DNA of 64,000 bases. It comes from a virus (Duplodnaviria > Caudoviricetes). The translations under genes were made by a program, and so were the position numbers. How positions within the stretch are numbered: position 1 is the stretch's first letter; every line of letters starts with the position of its first letter. The notes under the pieces are model-generated. The model had not been told where the DNA came from and ran no database searches. It saw only the letters and a list, made by a program, of their open reading frames with translations. The stretch spans positions 13,626 to 77,625 of IMG/VR virus record IMGVR_UViG_3300020037_001957. One strand, given 5' to 3'. This document shows positions 1-9,899 of this stretch, piece after piece.

Positions 1-1
1 G

Positions 2-2551
2 ACCGTAGTGTAAGAAGTCTGTATCTATTTCAAGTAGCACTCTCTTGCCTCCCGATGCTTGCGCTCCGTTTAGGTTGTAATCTACGCCACCCGATACACA
101 AGTTCCTTTAACAACTCCGCCACCTGCGCCAACAACCATTTGATTAGTGAAAACCTCTCCTGTTGAACTTGGCCTTGATACAGTGCCGTTATCATCAACA
201 TCAACATAAAAGTTAATAGTTGCGGTTCTTATACTGCTATCATTAAGACAAGACAAGAATTTAGTGTACACCTGAGAAGGTGCTGCCATTGCGGTAGGAG
301 CATCACTTCCTCTTACCACGCTTCCTCCGCCGTAATCAAATGGGTCAAGCCAACAAGCCTCTTCTAAAGTGTCTCCTATAACTCCAATGCTACCCTTTAA
401 TGGAGCGTTGCATAATATGTCAGGGCTTATAAATGAATATTGTTTAGAGTACACCCCGTGAGCATCGTAATTAAGCGGAACCCATGAACCCGTTTTGGTT
501 ACGTTTGGAGTGCCACCTGCATCTACATTCTGAGTTAAAATACCTTGAGTGATAATTCTTGCATCTCTCTCAGCTCTCACTATACTAAATCCACTAATTA
601 ACGCTGCCTGTTCTGCTGTAAGTTCAAGCCCGCTTATTCTTGCCCCCGAAGGATTTAATGAATAAACGTAGTTACCCGAATTGGCAATAGGGTCTCTTCT
701 AATTAAATTACCTGTTTTAGCAAGAACTGATTGAAATTGATAATCGGCTAACCACTTCACATAAAATGGATTTCCTTTAAGGTCGTAGAAAAGTACTCCA
801 AATCTATAAGTTTCTCCACTCCAATACCCTGTCATCAAATGACTAACAGCGGCAGACTTATAATCCCAAAAGCAATCATTTACAGTATCATCAGTTCTTT
901 TAAGCTCAATAGCCCTTGGTCTTGGGTCTCCCGAATCAGTGGTGTATTTATTAATAGCAACGCATGGAACAAATGCTCCCGTCCCTACAATAGTAATAGA
1001 GTCATCTCCTGCAAGCCCTGTGGCTTCAATAGTTATAACCTCTCCTGCCAAATACACAGTACCTTTGTATGTAACTGTATTTGTAGCGGGAGTGCCAACC
1101 GTAACTAACCATCTTGAAAACGGCATAAGCCCTGTAACCACACCTGCCCCTGCATAACCTCCCGATTGAGGGCTAATCCCTGAATACACCATCCCCGACA
1201 AAGAACAACTAGATGCATCATAATGAACATTCATTGGATATTCTATTGGTCCGATGTTTACTAAACTAGCTCCATCCCAATCAAATTCCTCTCTCTCCAC
1301 CGTGTTACCCGCTAAAATATAGTTCTTGTTTGTGGCTAATGTTTTACATCTTAAAATACTTGCAGGAAATAATGTAATCTCCCCTATTGTCAATTCACCT
1401 AAGTTTATATCTCCCGTGTGAGCAATAGCCATATTCGTGCCCGTAATAACTTCCTTAGCTATAATAGTTATTTGTCTTGGGGCTAATTCAGATTGGTCGA
1501 ACTCAGCACAAGCCACTTCAATAAAATCAAAATTAGTGTCAATTCCTTCTACAATTAAATTAACAGCAATGTTGCTGTTTCTTAAAACAGTAGTTGTTCC
1601 ACCGCCAACAAAGTTGTGATAAGGAACTGAAGGTGAAGACAGGTCAGATGACTCATTAATTGTTCCTACTAATACAGGTGCGCTGCCATAACTCCATGAA
1701 GTTGTTATCCCCTCTGAGCTACTTAGTCTGTAATAGTAAACCTTAGAGCCGCAATACAAACTACCATTACTGTATTCATCAAATACAATACTCCCCATCG
1801 CTCTTGATGGGGTAAAGTTTAAAAGCTCGTATGGATAATATTCAACCACCATCGCAGGACGGTCAGGGGCAGAAAGGTCTGTGTAGTTTGGTCCTGAAGC
1901 AGTGAATATGTTTTGAGTTGCAGTGTCAGTAATCCCCGGACCATAATCAACAGCCGAATGAGTAATAGCACCTTGAAGCACCATGTACTGTTGTCCTGTA
2001 ACTAAACTTCCACTTGCAATGTATGTAGTGAAAATAGGATTAGAAACATTAAATACCCTTGGCTCGTTGAAGTTATCTGTCCAGTAAATCCTTTCAATCA
2101 ATTCATTCTCTATAAATGAGAATCCTTTTATTCTATGCTCTTGAGCGAAATTTAAACTAACATGATGGTATAATGGAATGTAGCCGGGGTTTCTTTCTCC
2201 TGCGATAGCCTCTGCTCTTATACCTTCACCATAAGGTAAATACTTTAGCATACCGACCTCTCCATATCCTCCCGTTAAGCTGTTTGTACTTAATACAATT
2301 AATTTATCAGGGAAAGAAATCATCCCTAATATCTTTGGCAAATCACCTGCGGTTGGGTACGCAGCGTTGTATGGTTCATTTATTGAAAATGTAACAGTGT
2401 TACCTAAGCAGTCCTTAACTGTGAAGTTACGCCCGTCCTGAGAAACAAGACTGCAATTCTTCATGTAGGTGTAAGTGCCATCAGGCTGAAGGACTACATC
2501 GTAATCACTCGTCATGCCATTCTCGAAAGTGTTTTCAAATGCTCCTCTCAT
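2..2551 (-). CDS. Tail stabilisation/muzzle protein (crAss Tstab-like), 3' end truncated by window edge; absent from ORF track
   Basis: Manual translation from ATG at 2551: MRGAFENTFENGMTSDYD...KNCSLVSQDG...IYWTDNFNEPRVFN, matching the crAss muzzle pattern. I translated segments only, not every codon. It follows the ring/IHF genes as in crAss-like phages. Confidence 0.8.
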   Translation of the reverse strand, partial: MRGAFENTFENGMTSDYDVVLQPDGTYTYMKNCSLVSQDGRNFTVKDCLGNTVTFSINEPYNAAYPTAGDLPKILGMISFPDKLIVLSTNSLTGGYGEVGMLKYLPYGEGIRAEAIAGERNPGYIPLYHHVSLNFAQEHRIKGFSFIENELIERIYWTDNFNEPRVFNVSNPIFTTYIASGSLVTGQQYMVLQGAITHSAVDYGPGITDTATQNIFTASGPNYTDLSAPDRPAMVVEYYPYELLNFTPSRAMGSIVFDEYSNGSLYCGSKVYYYRLSSSEGITTSWSYGSAPVLVGTINESSDLSSPSVPYHNFVGGGTTTVLRNSNIAVNLIVEGIDTNFDFIEVACAEFDQSELAPRQITIIAKEVITGTNMAIAHTGDINLGELTIGEITLFPASILRCKTLATNKNYILAGNTVEREEFDWDGASLVNIGPIEYPMNVHYDASSCSLSGMVYSGISPQSGGYAGAGVVTGLMPFSRWLVTVGTPATNTVTYKGTVYLAGEVITIEATGLAGDDSITIVGTGAFVPCVAINKYTTDSGDPRPRAIELKRTDDTVNDCFWDYKSAAVSHLMTGYWSGETYRFGVLFYDLKGNPFYVKWLADYQFQSVLAKTGNLIRRDPIANSGNYVYSLNPSGARISGLELTAEQAALISGFSIVRAERDARIITQGILTQNVDAGGTPNVTKTGSWVPLNYDAHGVYSKQYSFISPDILCNAPLKGSIGVIGDTLEEACWLDPFDYGGGSVVRGSDAPTAMAAPSQVYTKFLSCLNDSSIRTATINFYVDVDDNGTVSRPSSTGEVFTNQMVVGAGGGVVKGTCVSGGVDYNLNGAQASGGKRVLLEIDTDFLHYG

Positions 2552-2553
2552 AT

Positions 2554-3303
2554 TTACCAAATATTATACATTCCACCTAAAGTAGTAAACATTCCTTCGT
2601 TTAAGCTTCTACCCGCATAAGGGTTATGAAGCATACCATTAATCTTCTTCCATTCACTTGGGGTTGGAATTGCATCCATCGCCCGCGCGTGTGAACACTC
2701 TCTATTCCATTCCTCCCTGTAAACATTCATCTTTCCATACTCCAATGAATTAACAGCCTTATTTAAAAGATACTGCCAGCAAATATAATATCTGATAGCA
2801 TCAATATGATTCTCACTCACCTCTAAAAACCCATCACAATCCGTCTTATAAGCTATGTATTGAACTGTTACTTTCTGTTCATCATAACGATTAGTTTCAA
2901 AAATTATCTTATTGTTCTGTACTGAAAACGGCACAGTTCCAAAGTTTATTCCTTCAGGAGTATCGTAAGCATCCACTACCATAAAGGTATTATCAGAAGT
3001 TCCATACACTGAAGGAGATTGTGCATTTAAGCAATAAGTTCTAAGTAGATTATCACAGCTCTCTCCCCTGTCTCCCATAATGGCTATTTCTATTTTTACA
3101 GCGTCGGAAGGTAGGCAAGCTACACATTGGGTAACATCAAGCACCTTTCTTTTAAGTTCCATTGCCGCAGCACTCCCTATTTGCTTTTCAGCAATAGTGG
3201 CATACCTAGTGAATAAGGGACGCATTTTATCATGGTCTATCTGAAGCATCTGTTCAGCGTCCACAATCGGAGTGTGTATCGAAACGAGTTTATTTATTGC
3301 CAT
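2554..3303 (-). CDS. Tail ring/tubular protein (crAss-like)
   Basis: 249 aa; directly upstream of the muzzle gene; C-terminal YI.WQY...W..EC..AR pattern. Confidence 0.6.
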   Translation of the reverse strand: MAINKLVSIHTPIVDAEQMLQIDHDKMRPLFTRYATIAEKQIGSAAAMELKRKVLDVTQCVACLPSDAVKIEIAIMGDRGESCDNLLRTYCLNAQSPSVYGTSDNTFMVVDAYDTPEGINFGTVPFSVQNNKIIFETNRYDEQKVTVQYIAYKTDCDGFLEVSENHIDAIRYYICWQYLLNKAVNSLEYGKMNVYREEWNRECSHARAMDAIPTPSEWKKINGMLHNPYAGRSLNEGMFTTLGGMYNIW

Positions 3304-3790
3304 CTCTTTTTATTCTATAATAGGTTTGTGTATTCTTTAATTCTTCGTGTACTCTTTTTTTCAACTTGGCATCAGCCTCAAATATCAATTCCCCTTTGTA
3401 GTTCAAATCTGTAAATACAATCTTATACTTAATCCCGTATCTATTGTCATCAAATCTTACAGCGTCCTTCACTATCCCGTTTATGTTCTTTCCGTTACCC
3501 ATTATCGCTAGTAACTTCGGGTCATTCTCAAATCTCGTTCCTACAATCTCTATACTCGTTCTCTCATCTATCTTTGCCTTACCCATCTTTAGCATCGGGC
3601 GGATGATTGCATATTCACAGTAGTCCTTCCAAATCATCTTAACAGCCGTAACTGATACATCCTTCTTATACTTCTTCTTCATTGTTCTCTTTGCTCTTTT
3701 ACAAAGTAATGGGAAGTTGAATGTATTAGCTAGTTTTCGCTGCATCATCCGCTGAGTCATTGTTAATGTCGGCAAGCTGAGATTGTTCAA
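3290..3790 (-). CDS. IHF-like basic DNA-binding protein (crAss tail-module IHF gene)
   Basis: Very basic 166 aa; lies between two ring-protein genes as in crAss-like phages. Confidence 0.5.
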   Translation of the reverse strand: MNNLSLPTLTMTQRMMQRKLANTFNFPLLCKRAKRTMKKKYKKDVSVTAVKMIWKDYCEYAIIRPMLKMGKAKIDERTSIEIVGTRFENDPKLLAIMGNGKNINGIVKDAVRFDDNRYGIKYKIVFTDLNYKGELIFEADAKLKKRVHEELKNTQTYYRIKRDGNK

Positions 3791-4562
3791 TCTTAAATTC
3801 TTTTGTTAAAATCTCAAGCTCAATCATTCTAATCATTTCACCACTTGCAGGGAACGGGTCAGTGTCTCTATAAGCTCTTGCTTGTGTGTTCAAATAGACT
3901 GTGCCGTTCCCTGTAAATGTCGCCGTTGCTGTGGCGGTAAATGTCGTGTTCTCTGCATAAACAACATTGTCGTATATCACTGTTCCAAACTTCACTAAGT
4001 AAACTGTTCCACTAACCAAAGCGCCACTTAATACGGGCGCTGAGTTAATTAAATATCCATCGGCAGGGTCTAGAAGAAGCCCTGTAAAAGATAGTTTATC
4101 CACAATGCTATTCACGTACAAATCAGTGTTTCTGCGGTCATAATACTTGAATAGTCCCCACGTACTATCACTAGGAATGTAGTTCCAATTAGTCATTCTC
4201 ATTAAAGAATAAGTTTTAGTTCCACACATAGAGCTTAAACTGAATATCCCTAAATCTAGGTTACCGTCCTTTGTCTGTAAGGATATAGTTTGAGGGATAG
4301 TAGTCTTTGAAATATCGCAATTACACGTAATTGAATTGTCATCCGCGCGGTTGACCTTATAGAAATTAAGAGTCATTGGAGATGAAAGCCATGTGTAATC
4401 TATTGTCTTGGTAGCTAGGTATTGCTGTACTTTTAAGTCGGCTGCTACTTGACAGATTTTGTAGTACAAAAAATCGGGGTCGAGTCTTGAGTCATCACTG
4501 TAACTAAACTTAGTAAGTAATGCTGTTATGGAATCTATAATGTTTTTTGCTGTTTGTGCCAT
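3726..4562 (-). CDS. Tail ring/adaptor protein
   Basis: 278 aa; synteny; C-terminal 'D.PFP.SG.MI..I' pattern. Confidence 0.55.
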   Translation of the reverse strand: MAQTAKNIIDSITALLTKFSYSDDSRLDPDFLYYKICQVAADLKVQQYLATKTIDYTWLSSPMTLNFYKVNRADDNSITCNCDISKTTIPQTISLQTKDGNLDLGIFSLSSMCGTKTYSLMRMTNWNYIPSDSTWGLFKYYDRRNTDLYVNSIVDKLSFTGLLLDPADGYLINSAPVLSGALVSGTVYLVKFGTVIYDNVVYAENTTFTATATATFTGNGTVYLNTQARAYRDTDPFPASGEMIRMIELEILTKEFKIEQSQLADINNDSADDAAKTS

Positions 4563-4611
4563 AGGATAAATATAAGTATTTTCTTAGCACAGAGATTAAT
4601 TTTTTATTAAC

Positions 4612-5118
4612 CTACCTAACTATACTTATCCCTAATAAGGCAGCCTCAGCCACGCTTATTACTTTCCATAGTATAACCTTGCGCTTTAACTTCTTAATCT
4701 CCTTAGAGTGGGAGGATATGGCTGTACTGTCAGATGTTCTAATGGTTTGATAGTTCACTATCATTTTACCCTGCTTGCCTATAATCGAATCTCTACCGTT
4801 AATGGCTAAAGAGTCGTGTAGGATAATAGAATCACACGCCTGAATCACTAATTTGAGAACTGTATCACATGGCAGTTTAATCTTTAATGTGTCCTTAATG
4901 TATTTGTACTTTGTCTTGTAAACTATTCTGATGCTGTCTTGGTCTTCGGTGAAGGACTGTAATATCTGAATATCCCTTTGTAGATTCTTATTGTCTTGTA
5001 AAATACTATCCACATTCACACCCTTTGCATAAACAGGTTCTTGGCTGCATCCCTTACCTAAAAAGAATACAACAATTAGGATAATAACTACTGCCGATAT
5101 GTAAAAGTATTTAGTCAT
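4612..5118 (-). CDS. Putative spanin (possible unimolecular type)
   Basis: N-terminal hydrophobic helix ending in Cys (FFLGKGC), coiled coil, C-terminal TM segment; within lysis cassette. Confidence 0.45.
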   Translation of the reverse strand: MTKYFYISAVVIILIVVFFLGKGCSQEPVYAKGVNVDSILQDNKNLQRDIQILQSFTEDQDSIRIVYKTKYKYIKDTLKIKLPCDTVLKLVIQACDSIILHDSLAINGRDSIIGKQGKMIVNYQTIRTSDSTAISSHSKEIKKLKRKVILWKVISVAEAALLGISIVR

Positions 5119-5428
5119 TTTGTTTGTCTAATGCTGCCTTAGCTGCTTTTGCATCCTCAATCTTATTCAGTGCATATCCACAAATAAATGCTTCTACACC
5201 CGCCCAAATTAAGAACTCACTCATAGGGGTTTCTCTTGCTAATAAGTAAACAAGAATCTCTATCATCCCGAATTGCAGAATGAAGAAAGCTATCCCTGAT
5301 TCAATACGTTTCTTTGAGAAGAATGAAGGCTGAGTAGACCCCACCTTTAATAATTCTCTTAATAACCACTTTAGATTCTCCCATCCGAAGAAACCATCAA
5401 TGAAGTATTTAGTTAACCATGCCTTCAT
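5111..5428 (-). CDS. Holin-like membrane protein
   Basis: Two TM segments, charged C-terminus, adjacent to endolysin. Confidence 0.45.
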   Translation of the reverse strand: MKAWLTKYFIDGFFGWENLKWLLRELLKVGSTQPSFFSKKRIESGIAFFILQFGMIEILVYLLARETPMSEFLIWAGVEAFICGYALNKIEDAKAAKAALDKQND

Positions 5429-5832
5429 TTTATTACAAGTGTTTGATTTCTATTTCCACCCTTCATCTTAAATGAAATATGAACCCACGAGAAGTCGTAT
5501 TCGTTAATAAGTTGGTCAAAGATTAAATTAGCCTTAGCCCATTCAAATATCTTCTTATTCTCTTCCTTGCTACCGCCCGTTATATCAATAGCCTCTCCTT
5601 TTGCGTGTTGGCTTGTGGGAGAGCCTTTTACGGCCTTATTTAACTCAGGGCATCGGTAGAATGAATTAACCTTAATTGGTTTACCATACCACTCTCTAAT
5701 AGGCTCAAAGCAATGTTCTGATACAGCTTTCATGGCTTCCAAAACATCGTCTGTCGGAGTATTATCTATTCCTAGCCTTAAAGCTGTTGGGCTTATTGTA
5801 GCCTCGTCAAATGAGATGTGTTTGCTTATCAT
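5425..5832 (-). CDS. Peptidase M15A-type endolysin
   Basis: SFYRC..LN..V.G...SQH..GEAIDI and WVHIS zinc-binding motifs. Confidence 0.88.
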   Translation of the reverse strand: MISKHISFDEATISPTALRLGIDNTPTDDVLEAMKAVSEHCFEPIREWYGKPIKVNSFYRCPELNKAVKGSPTSQHAKGEAIDITGGSKEENKKIFEWAKANLIFDQLINEYDFSWVHISFKMKGGNRNQTLVIK

Positions 5833-6173
5833 TTCTTCTTGAATTTGTTAATTAAAATATCAACCACCGTTGCCATCACTAAATCCACCTGAAACTTATA
5901 TATCAACCAATACCCTACCTTCTCTCCTAATATAGTTACAACTCCAATTATCATCGGGGCAGTAGTAGAACTAAAATGCTCATTAATCCATGCCCCCGTT
6001 ATCCAAGCACATGACACCCCTATCACAATAGACAGTAATGAATTAATCAAACTAGCCGTCTTATTCTTAATCTGTATACTAATACTTATCGCCAATGCCG
6101 CCAAACTAAATGGTAATGTCTTTATTACAAAGTTCCAAACTTCATTAGGAATTTCTTTTAATCTCTCTGGCAT
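5829..6173 (-). CDS. Holin-like membrane protein
   Basis: About three TM segments; overlaps endolysin start. Confidence 0.5.
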   Translation of the reverse strand: MPERLKEIPNEVWNFVIKTLPFSLAALAISISIQIKNKTASLINSLLSIVIGVSCAWITGAWINEHFSSTTAPMIIGVVTILGEKVGYWLIYKFQVDLVMATVVDILINKFKKK

Positions 6174-6477
6174 AAGCTATGGGTAAATGAATTATTGCAA
6201 ACAAATATAGTAATAAATCGTTAATATGAAACGCATTAATATTGAACACATATCTATCCAATATATCCCCACCACAAAATACTATCCCTACTAAAAATAC
6301 AGCCTTTGTAAACCCGTCAGTTAACTTGTAACCTATCGTGAAACATAAAGCAAATATAATAGTGTAAATAGCAATCCGCATATCCCACCACGCAACAGAG
6401 CCGCTAATGAAGAATAATTCGCATATCCAATATCCTGTGGCGAAAAGAGCAACCGCCAAACTTGCCAATAATTTCAT
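6145..6477 (-). CDS. Membrane protein
   Basis: Hydrophobic, 3-4 TM segments. Confidence 0.55.
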   Translation of the reverse strand: MKLLASLAVALFATGYWICELFFISGSVAWWDMRIAIYTIIFALCFTIGYKLTDGFTKAVFLVGIVFCGGDILDRYVFNINAFHINDLLLYLFAIIHLPIAYAREIKRNS

Positions 6478-6641
6478 TTCTTTACAGGAGGATAGTCATT
6501 TGTGGGATTAACGGTCTCGCAATAAGAAGCAATCAAATCAGTTAGTTCTGTTTGTTGCTCAGGAGAAAGATTATCTTCAGGGTTAGCCCCGAATGATTGA
6601 ATCACTCCTATAATTCCATTTTGTACATCTGCTTTTGTCAT
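6474..6641 (-). CDS. Small hypothetical protein (55 aa, MTKADVQNGIIG...YPPVKK), below ORF-track cutoff
   Basis: Manual translation; fills the gap with overlaps at both ends. Confidence 0.55.
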   Translation of the reverse strand: MTKADVQNGIIGVIQSFGANPEDNLSPEQQTELTDLIASYCETVNPTNDYPPVKK

Positions 6642-6994
6642 TTTGTTTTTGTTTTAAATATATGATTATAAAAAATGTTGAACACTAAGTTATACACAAT
6701 TCCCATAACTACAAAGTCAATTACAGGGATAAATGAGTGATAAAATACAATAGCTAGACACCACAACACTATCATTGTTGACTTAGCCAAGTGCCACGCG
6801 TCGGGACGGTATTTAGTGAATGGAATAAACTTTACATTGTGAGCTGAGATAGGCTTGCACCAAAACGCTACTTTCTTATTCTTAAACCTAGAATCTTTAA
6901 AAGAGATAGTGGTTTCTACCTTATCCATTAAAGCATTACAAATGGCAGCTAAAGCTATAAATATGTAGGTTAAGAATATCATTTCTTTTTCCAA
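6638..6994 (-). CDS. Membrane protein
   Basis: TM segments, D.WHL motif, coupled overlaps. Confidence 0.55.
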   Translation of the reverse strand: MEKEMIFLTYIFIALAAICNALMDKVETTISFKDSRFKNKKVAFWCKPISAHNVKFIPFTKYRPDAWHLAKSTMIVLWCLAIVFYHSFIPVIDFVVMGIVYNLVFNIFYNHIFKTKTK

Positions 6995-7200
6995 TCTTTT
7001 ATAGATTCTCTGATAAGTAAAATATTAGGGAACACAATGAGGACTAATAAACACGCCCACCCCAAATAGTAATCAAAATAAGTTTCAAAACTTGAGCTGT
7101 TTAACAATAAATTATAAAGAGCTACGGGCAACACTATCGCTGTAATTATAGCGTGGATTTTATTCCATGTGTGTCTAAGGTGAAATTTTAACTTTATCAT
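6979..7200 (-). CDS. Small two-TM membrane protein
   Basis: Hydrophobicity pattern. Confidence 0.5.
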   Translation of the reverse strand: MIKLKFHLRHTWNKIHAIITAIVLPVALYNLLLNSSSFETYFDYYLGWACLLVLIVFPNILLIRESIKDWKKK

Positions 7201-7260
7201 AGCTTTACTTTATCTAAATGGTCTTTATCAAATACGTTTATTAGTTTCTTTGTTTTATAA

Positions 7261-7298
7261 AGAAGGGGAAGTAAAATTTCACTTCAACTTCCCCTTTC
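7261..7298 (-). terminator. Rho-independent terminator-like hairpin after the 7322-8920 gene
   Basis: AGGGGAAGT...ACTTCCCCT inverted repeat. Confidence 0.55.
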
Positions 7299-7321
7299 AA
7301 TCTTATTTATAATCGGTTAAC

Positions 7322-8920
7322 TTAGCTTCTCCATGAATCAGAAGCAACAGCAGCAAACTCAAGTAAGCTTGGTGTAGCTAAATCAGCACTTTGTAAAGCA
7401 TAGATACATGGAATCATCTCATCACCCGAATCTAAAGTGAATGTTTGAGTTACAGTTGGTTTGTAACCATCAATGAAGAAGGTACAAGCTCCTGTAATAT
7501 CAACACGTACTTCTAATACACGGGTAGTAGCATCAGCCCAAACAACAGTAGTGTCAGTAGCAGTATTACCCGCACTGTTCTTCTCAGTGTTTGTGTAGAT
7601 TTGACCTGCTGAACTTCCAATTCCAATTACAGCGTAATCAGAATAAGAAGTGAAGGTAGCACCATAAGCAGCTTTCTTACGGAAACCAACCCATAATGGA
7701 TTAACACCCGAAGCGTCATCTAAAGTGATTTTAGCGTAAACACTAAAAGCTTGTTGACCTACTACGAAAGATTTTTGAGAATTAGCCCATGTTGGAGCAG
7801 ATAACTCAACACCTTCTGCGGCAGTTGCATCTAACACTAAACCTAAACCGTCATTAGTTGAAACTAAAGCTAGTAAAGTTGAAGTTGCAATAGGAGAATA
7901 GTGAGCAGAGAATCCGTTACCTAAACTTACTACGTTCTCAGCTTGGGCAACTCCCGAAGGAAGACCTGTTCCTAAACCTTGAGATACAGTAGCAGTATTA
8001 CCCATGAAGATAATAGCGTTTGAATCATTAGCGTATTGTCCGAAAACGTCAAACAAGATTTCACGCTCGAAAGCTTTGAATCCTGCTAAGTTAGTTACAG
8101 AACTACCTGTTCCGTTATCTACAACCGCGAATTGCTCTTCTACTTGGTAAACGTATTGCTCAGTTAAAGTAGTACCTGCAACAACCTTTAACGAACTAAT
8201 ACCAAAGATGTCATAATTCTGACCGCTTGTAGCATAAGTTACGGGATTGGTGAAAGTAGCAGGAGCTTTAAATGTACCTGAGATTAAGTTACCAAAAGTA
8301 AAGTCAACAACAGGAGCGTCTTGTGCTAATCTAGCACCAACACCTGAAGAGAATACTGCGGCAGTTGTAATCACAAAGTTAGTAGCAGCAAAACCTGTAC
8401 CGTCATCGTTAGTTACAGGAAGAACAATGTTCGGTCCTTGTACGTTGGTCATGTTTTGCGCTCTTGCAGGGTAGTAACCACCATCATCAGTAACAGTGAT
8501 ACCGTTACCACTTCCTACTGTTACAGCAGTACAATGATTAGAAGCATCAGCATTAATCGCAGTGATAATAGCTGCGCTAATTGCTTCACGTTGGTCTGCG
8601 GCAAGCGCTCCGATTGTAGTAATTACAGCAGGAGTTGCGTACGAGTAGTACTTAGGTGTTTCTTGATAACCCGCAGCTACACGAAGTGGGTCATAAATTT
8701 CCACAGCATAAACTGTACTTGCAACAGGAGTGTAAGCAGTACCTAATAAGGTAACCACTTGCGGCACTTCTGCGCGGTATTTAATTTGATAGATTGAAGA
8801 AATGTCCTTCTTAGGCACGCTTCTCAAACCCGTGATGGAAAGTAAACCACCACCATTTTGCACATTATTCGCTGACGAAGTTTTGAGCAAAACCGATTTT
8901 TCGATTGTTCTTGCACTCAT
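7322..8920 (-). CDS. Auxiliary capsid/structural protein with possible C-terminal lectin-like beta domain
   Basis: 532 aa, T/A/V/G-rich; position after ring gene in capsid module. Confidence 0.5.
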   Translation of the reverse strand: MSARTIEKSVLLKTSSANNVQNGGGLLSITGLRSVPKKDISSIYQIKYRAEVPQVVTLLGTAYTPVASTVYAVEIYDPLRVAAGYQETPKYYSYATPAVITTIGALAADQREAISAAIITAINADASNHCTAVTVGSGNGITVTDDGGYYPARAQNMTNVQGPNIVLPVTNDDGTGFAATNFVITTAAVFSSGVGARLAQDAPVVDFTFGNLISGTFKAPATFTNPVTYATSGQNYDIFGISSLKVVAGTTLTEQYVYQVEEQFAVVDNGTGSSVTNLAGFKAFEREILFDVFGQYANDSNAIIFMGNTATVSQGLGTGLPSGVAQAENVVSLGNGFSAHYSPIATSTLLALVSTNDGLGLVLDATAAEGVELSAPTWANSQKSFVVGQQAFSVYAKITLDDASGVNPLWVGFRKKAAYGATFTSYSDYAVIGIGSSAGQIYTNTEKNSAGNTATDTTVVWADATTRVLEVRVDITGACTFFIDGYKPTVTQTFTLDSGDEMIPCIYALQSADLATPSLLEFAAVASDSWRS

Positions 8921-9019
8921 TTTGTTTAATTTTTAAGTTGTTAATATGATATAAATTTACGGTTTGTTTTACCTCATTATTCATATTGTTGAAAACTTTG
9001 TACTAAAAAACGCAACCTT

Positions 9020-9841
9020 TTAATTTGTCTCCCTTGCTTCCTTCTCAGAAAACATAGAAGCGTCGTAATTCGCGATGTTGCCAAGCATAATTTTACTCGC
9101 AAGAATAGCGATGTCATCATGTGTTTTAGCAGGTAGTTCACATGGAGTGGTATTACTTGCTAGTATCACTTGCCCCGATGTTAATAGCTGCGCTGTCACG
9201 CCTGTTATCGTAGCTCCAATGGCATAAGTAACACCATTGTAAATAGATTGCTGTGTAGCGTAATACGTTGCTAAATTAGTTAATGTTACGGCAGGACCGC
9301 CATCAATCAACTGAGTCTCTAGCCCTATTGTAAATGTAGTGGGAATCTTAATGTAAGTGAGAATAGAAGATGTCAGCGTCCCACTATTACTTCTCCATAA
9401 TGTTAGCCCCGTTGTTTGACAATTAAAATAAGGCTTCTCATTAGTTGGGTGCATAAAACTATTCTCAAGTAATGGTCCAACTTCATTAAAGTTAGTTGGT
9501 CTTGCATATACTGTATAACCATCAATTATAGAAGTGAGTAAAAGAAAATCTCTATAATCTGTTGGGACAGCCGCCGTTGCAGGGAGAGCTGAATAGTACT
9601 TATTAGTTACTGCCGTTCCTGCCGCAAATGTAGGAGCAGATGTTTTAACCAACGTAAAAATATCATCTTTGATTTGTTGAAACCTCTCAGGAGTTCTTTG
9701 GCTTTGGTCGCCAATCCTCTCTTGAATGAATTGCAACATCGCTATGTTTACAGCGTCATCGTATTCAAAATTGTAAAACCTTGCGGCTTTAGATATGTTA
9801 TTGTAGAAATCAATTTTGTTTCTAAGTTGCACACTATTCAT
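9020..9841 (-). CDS. Head-tail ring/adaptor protein
   Basis: 273 aa; 'CELP...H.DIA.LA' C-terminal adaptor pattern; synteny. Confidence 0.6.
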   Translation of the reverse strand: MNSVQLRNKIDFYNNISKAARFYNFEYDDAVNIAMLQFIQERIGDQSQRTPERFQQIKDDIFTLVKTSAPTFAAGTAVTNKYYSALPATAAVPTDYRDFLLLTSIIDGYTVYARPTNFNEVGPLLENSFMHPTNEKPYFNCQTTGLTLWRSNSGTLTSSILTYIKIPTTFTIGLETQLIDGGPAVTLTNLATYYATQQSIYNGVTYAIGATITGVTAQLLTSGQVILASNTTPCELPAKTHDDIAILASKIMLGNIANYDASMFSEKEARETN

Positions 9842-9899
9842 CTTATGTTATTTTGAAGTAAATATAATAAAAAAGGCGGATATTACTCCGCCCTTCTTT

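Noticed and set aside
1-2551. Apparent 2.5-kb ORF-free gap suggesting stop-codon recoding, which is common in crAss-like phages
   Set aside because: It is a - strand gene running off the window edge, so the track omitted it. Coding density elsewhere is high under the standard code and TAG/TGA act as stops.
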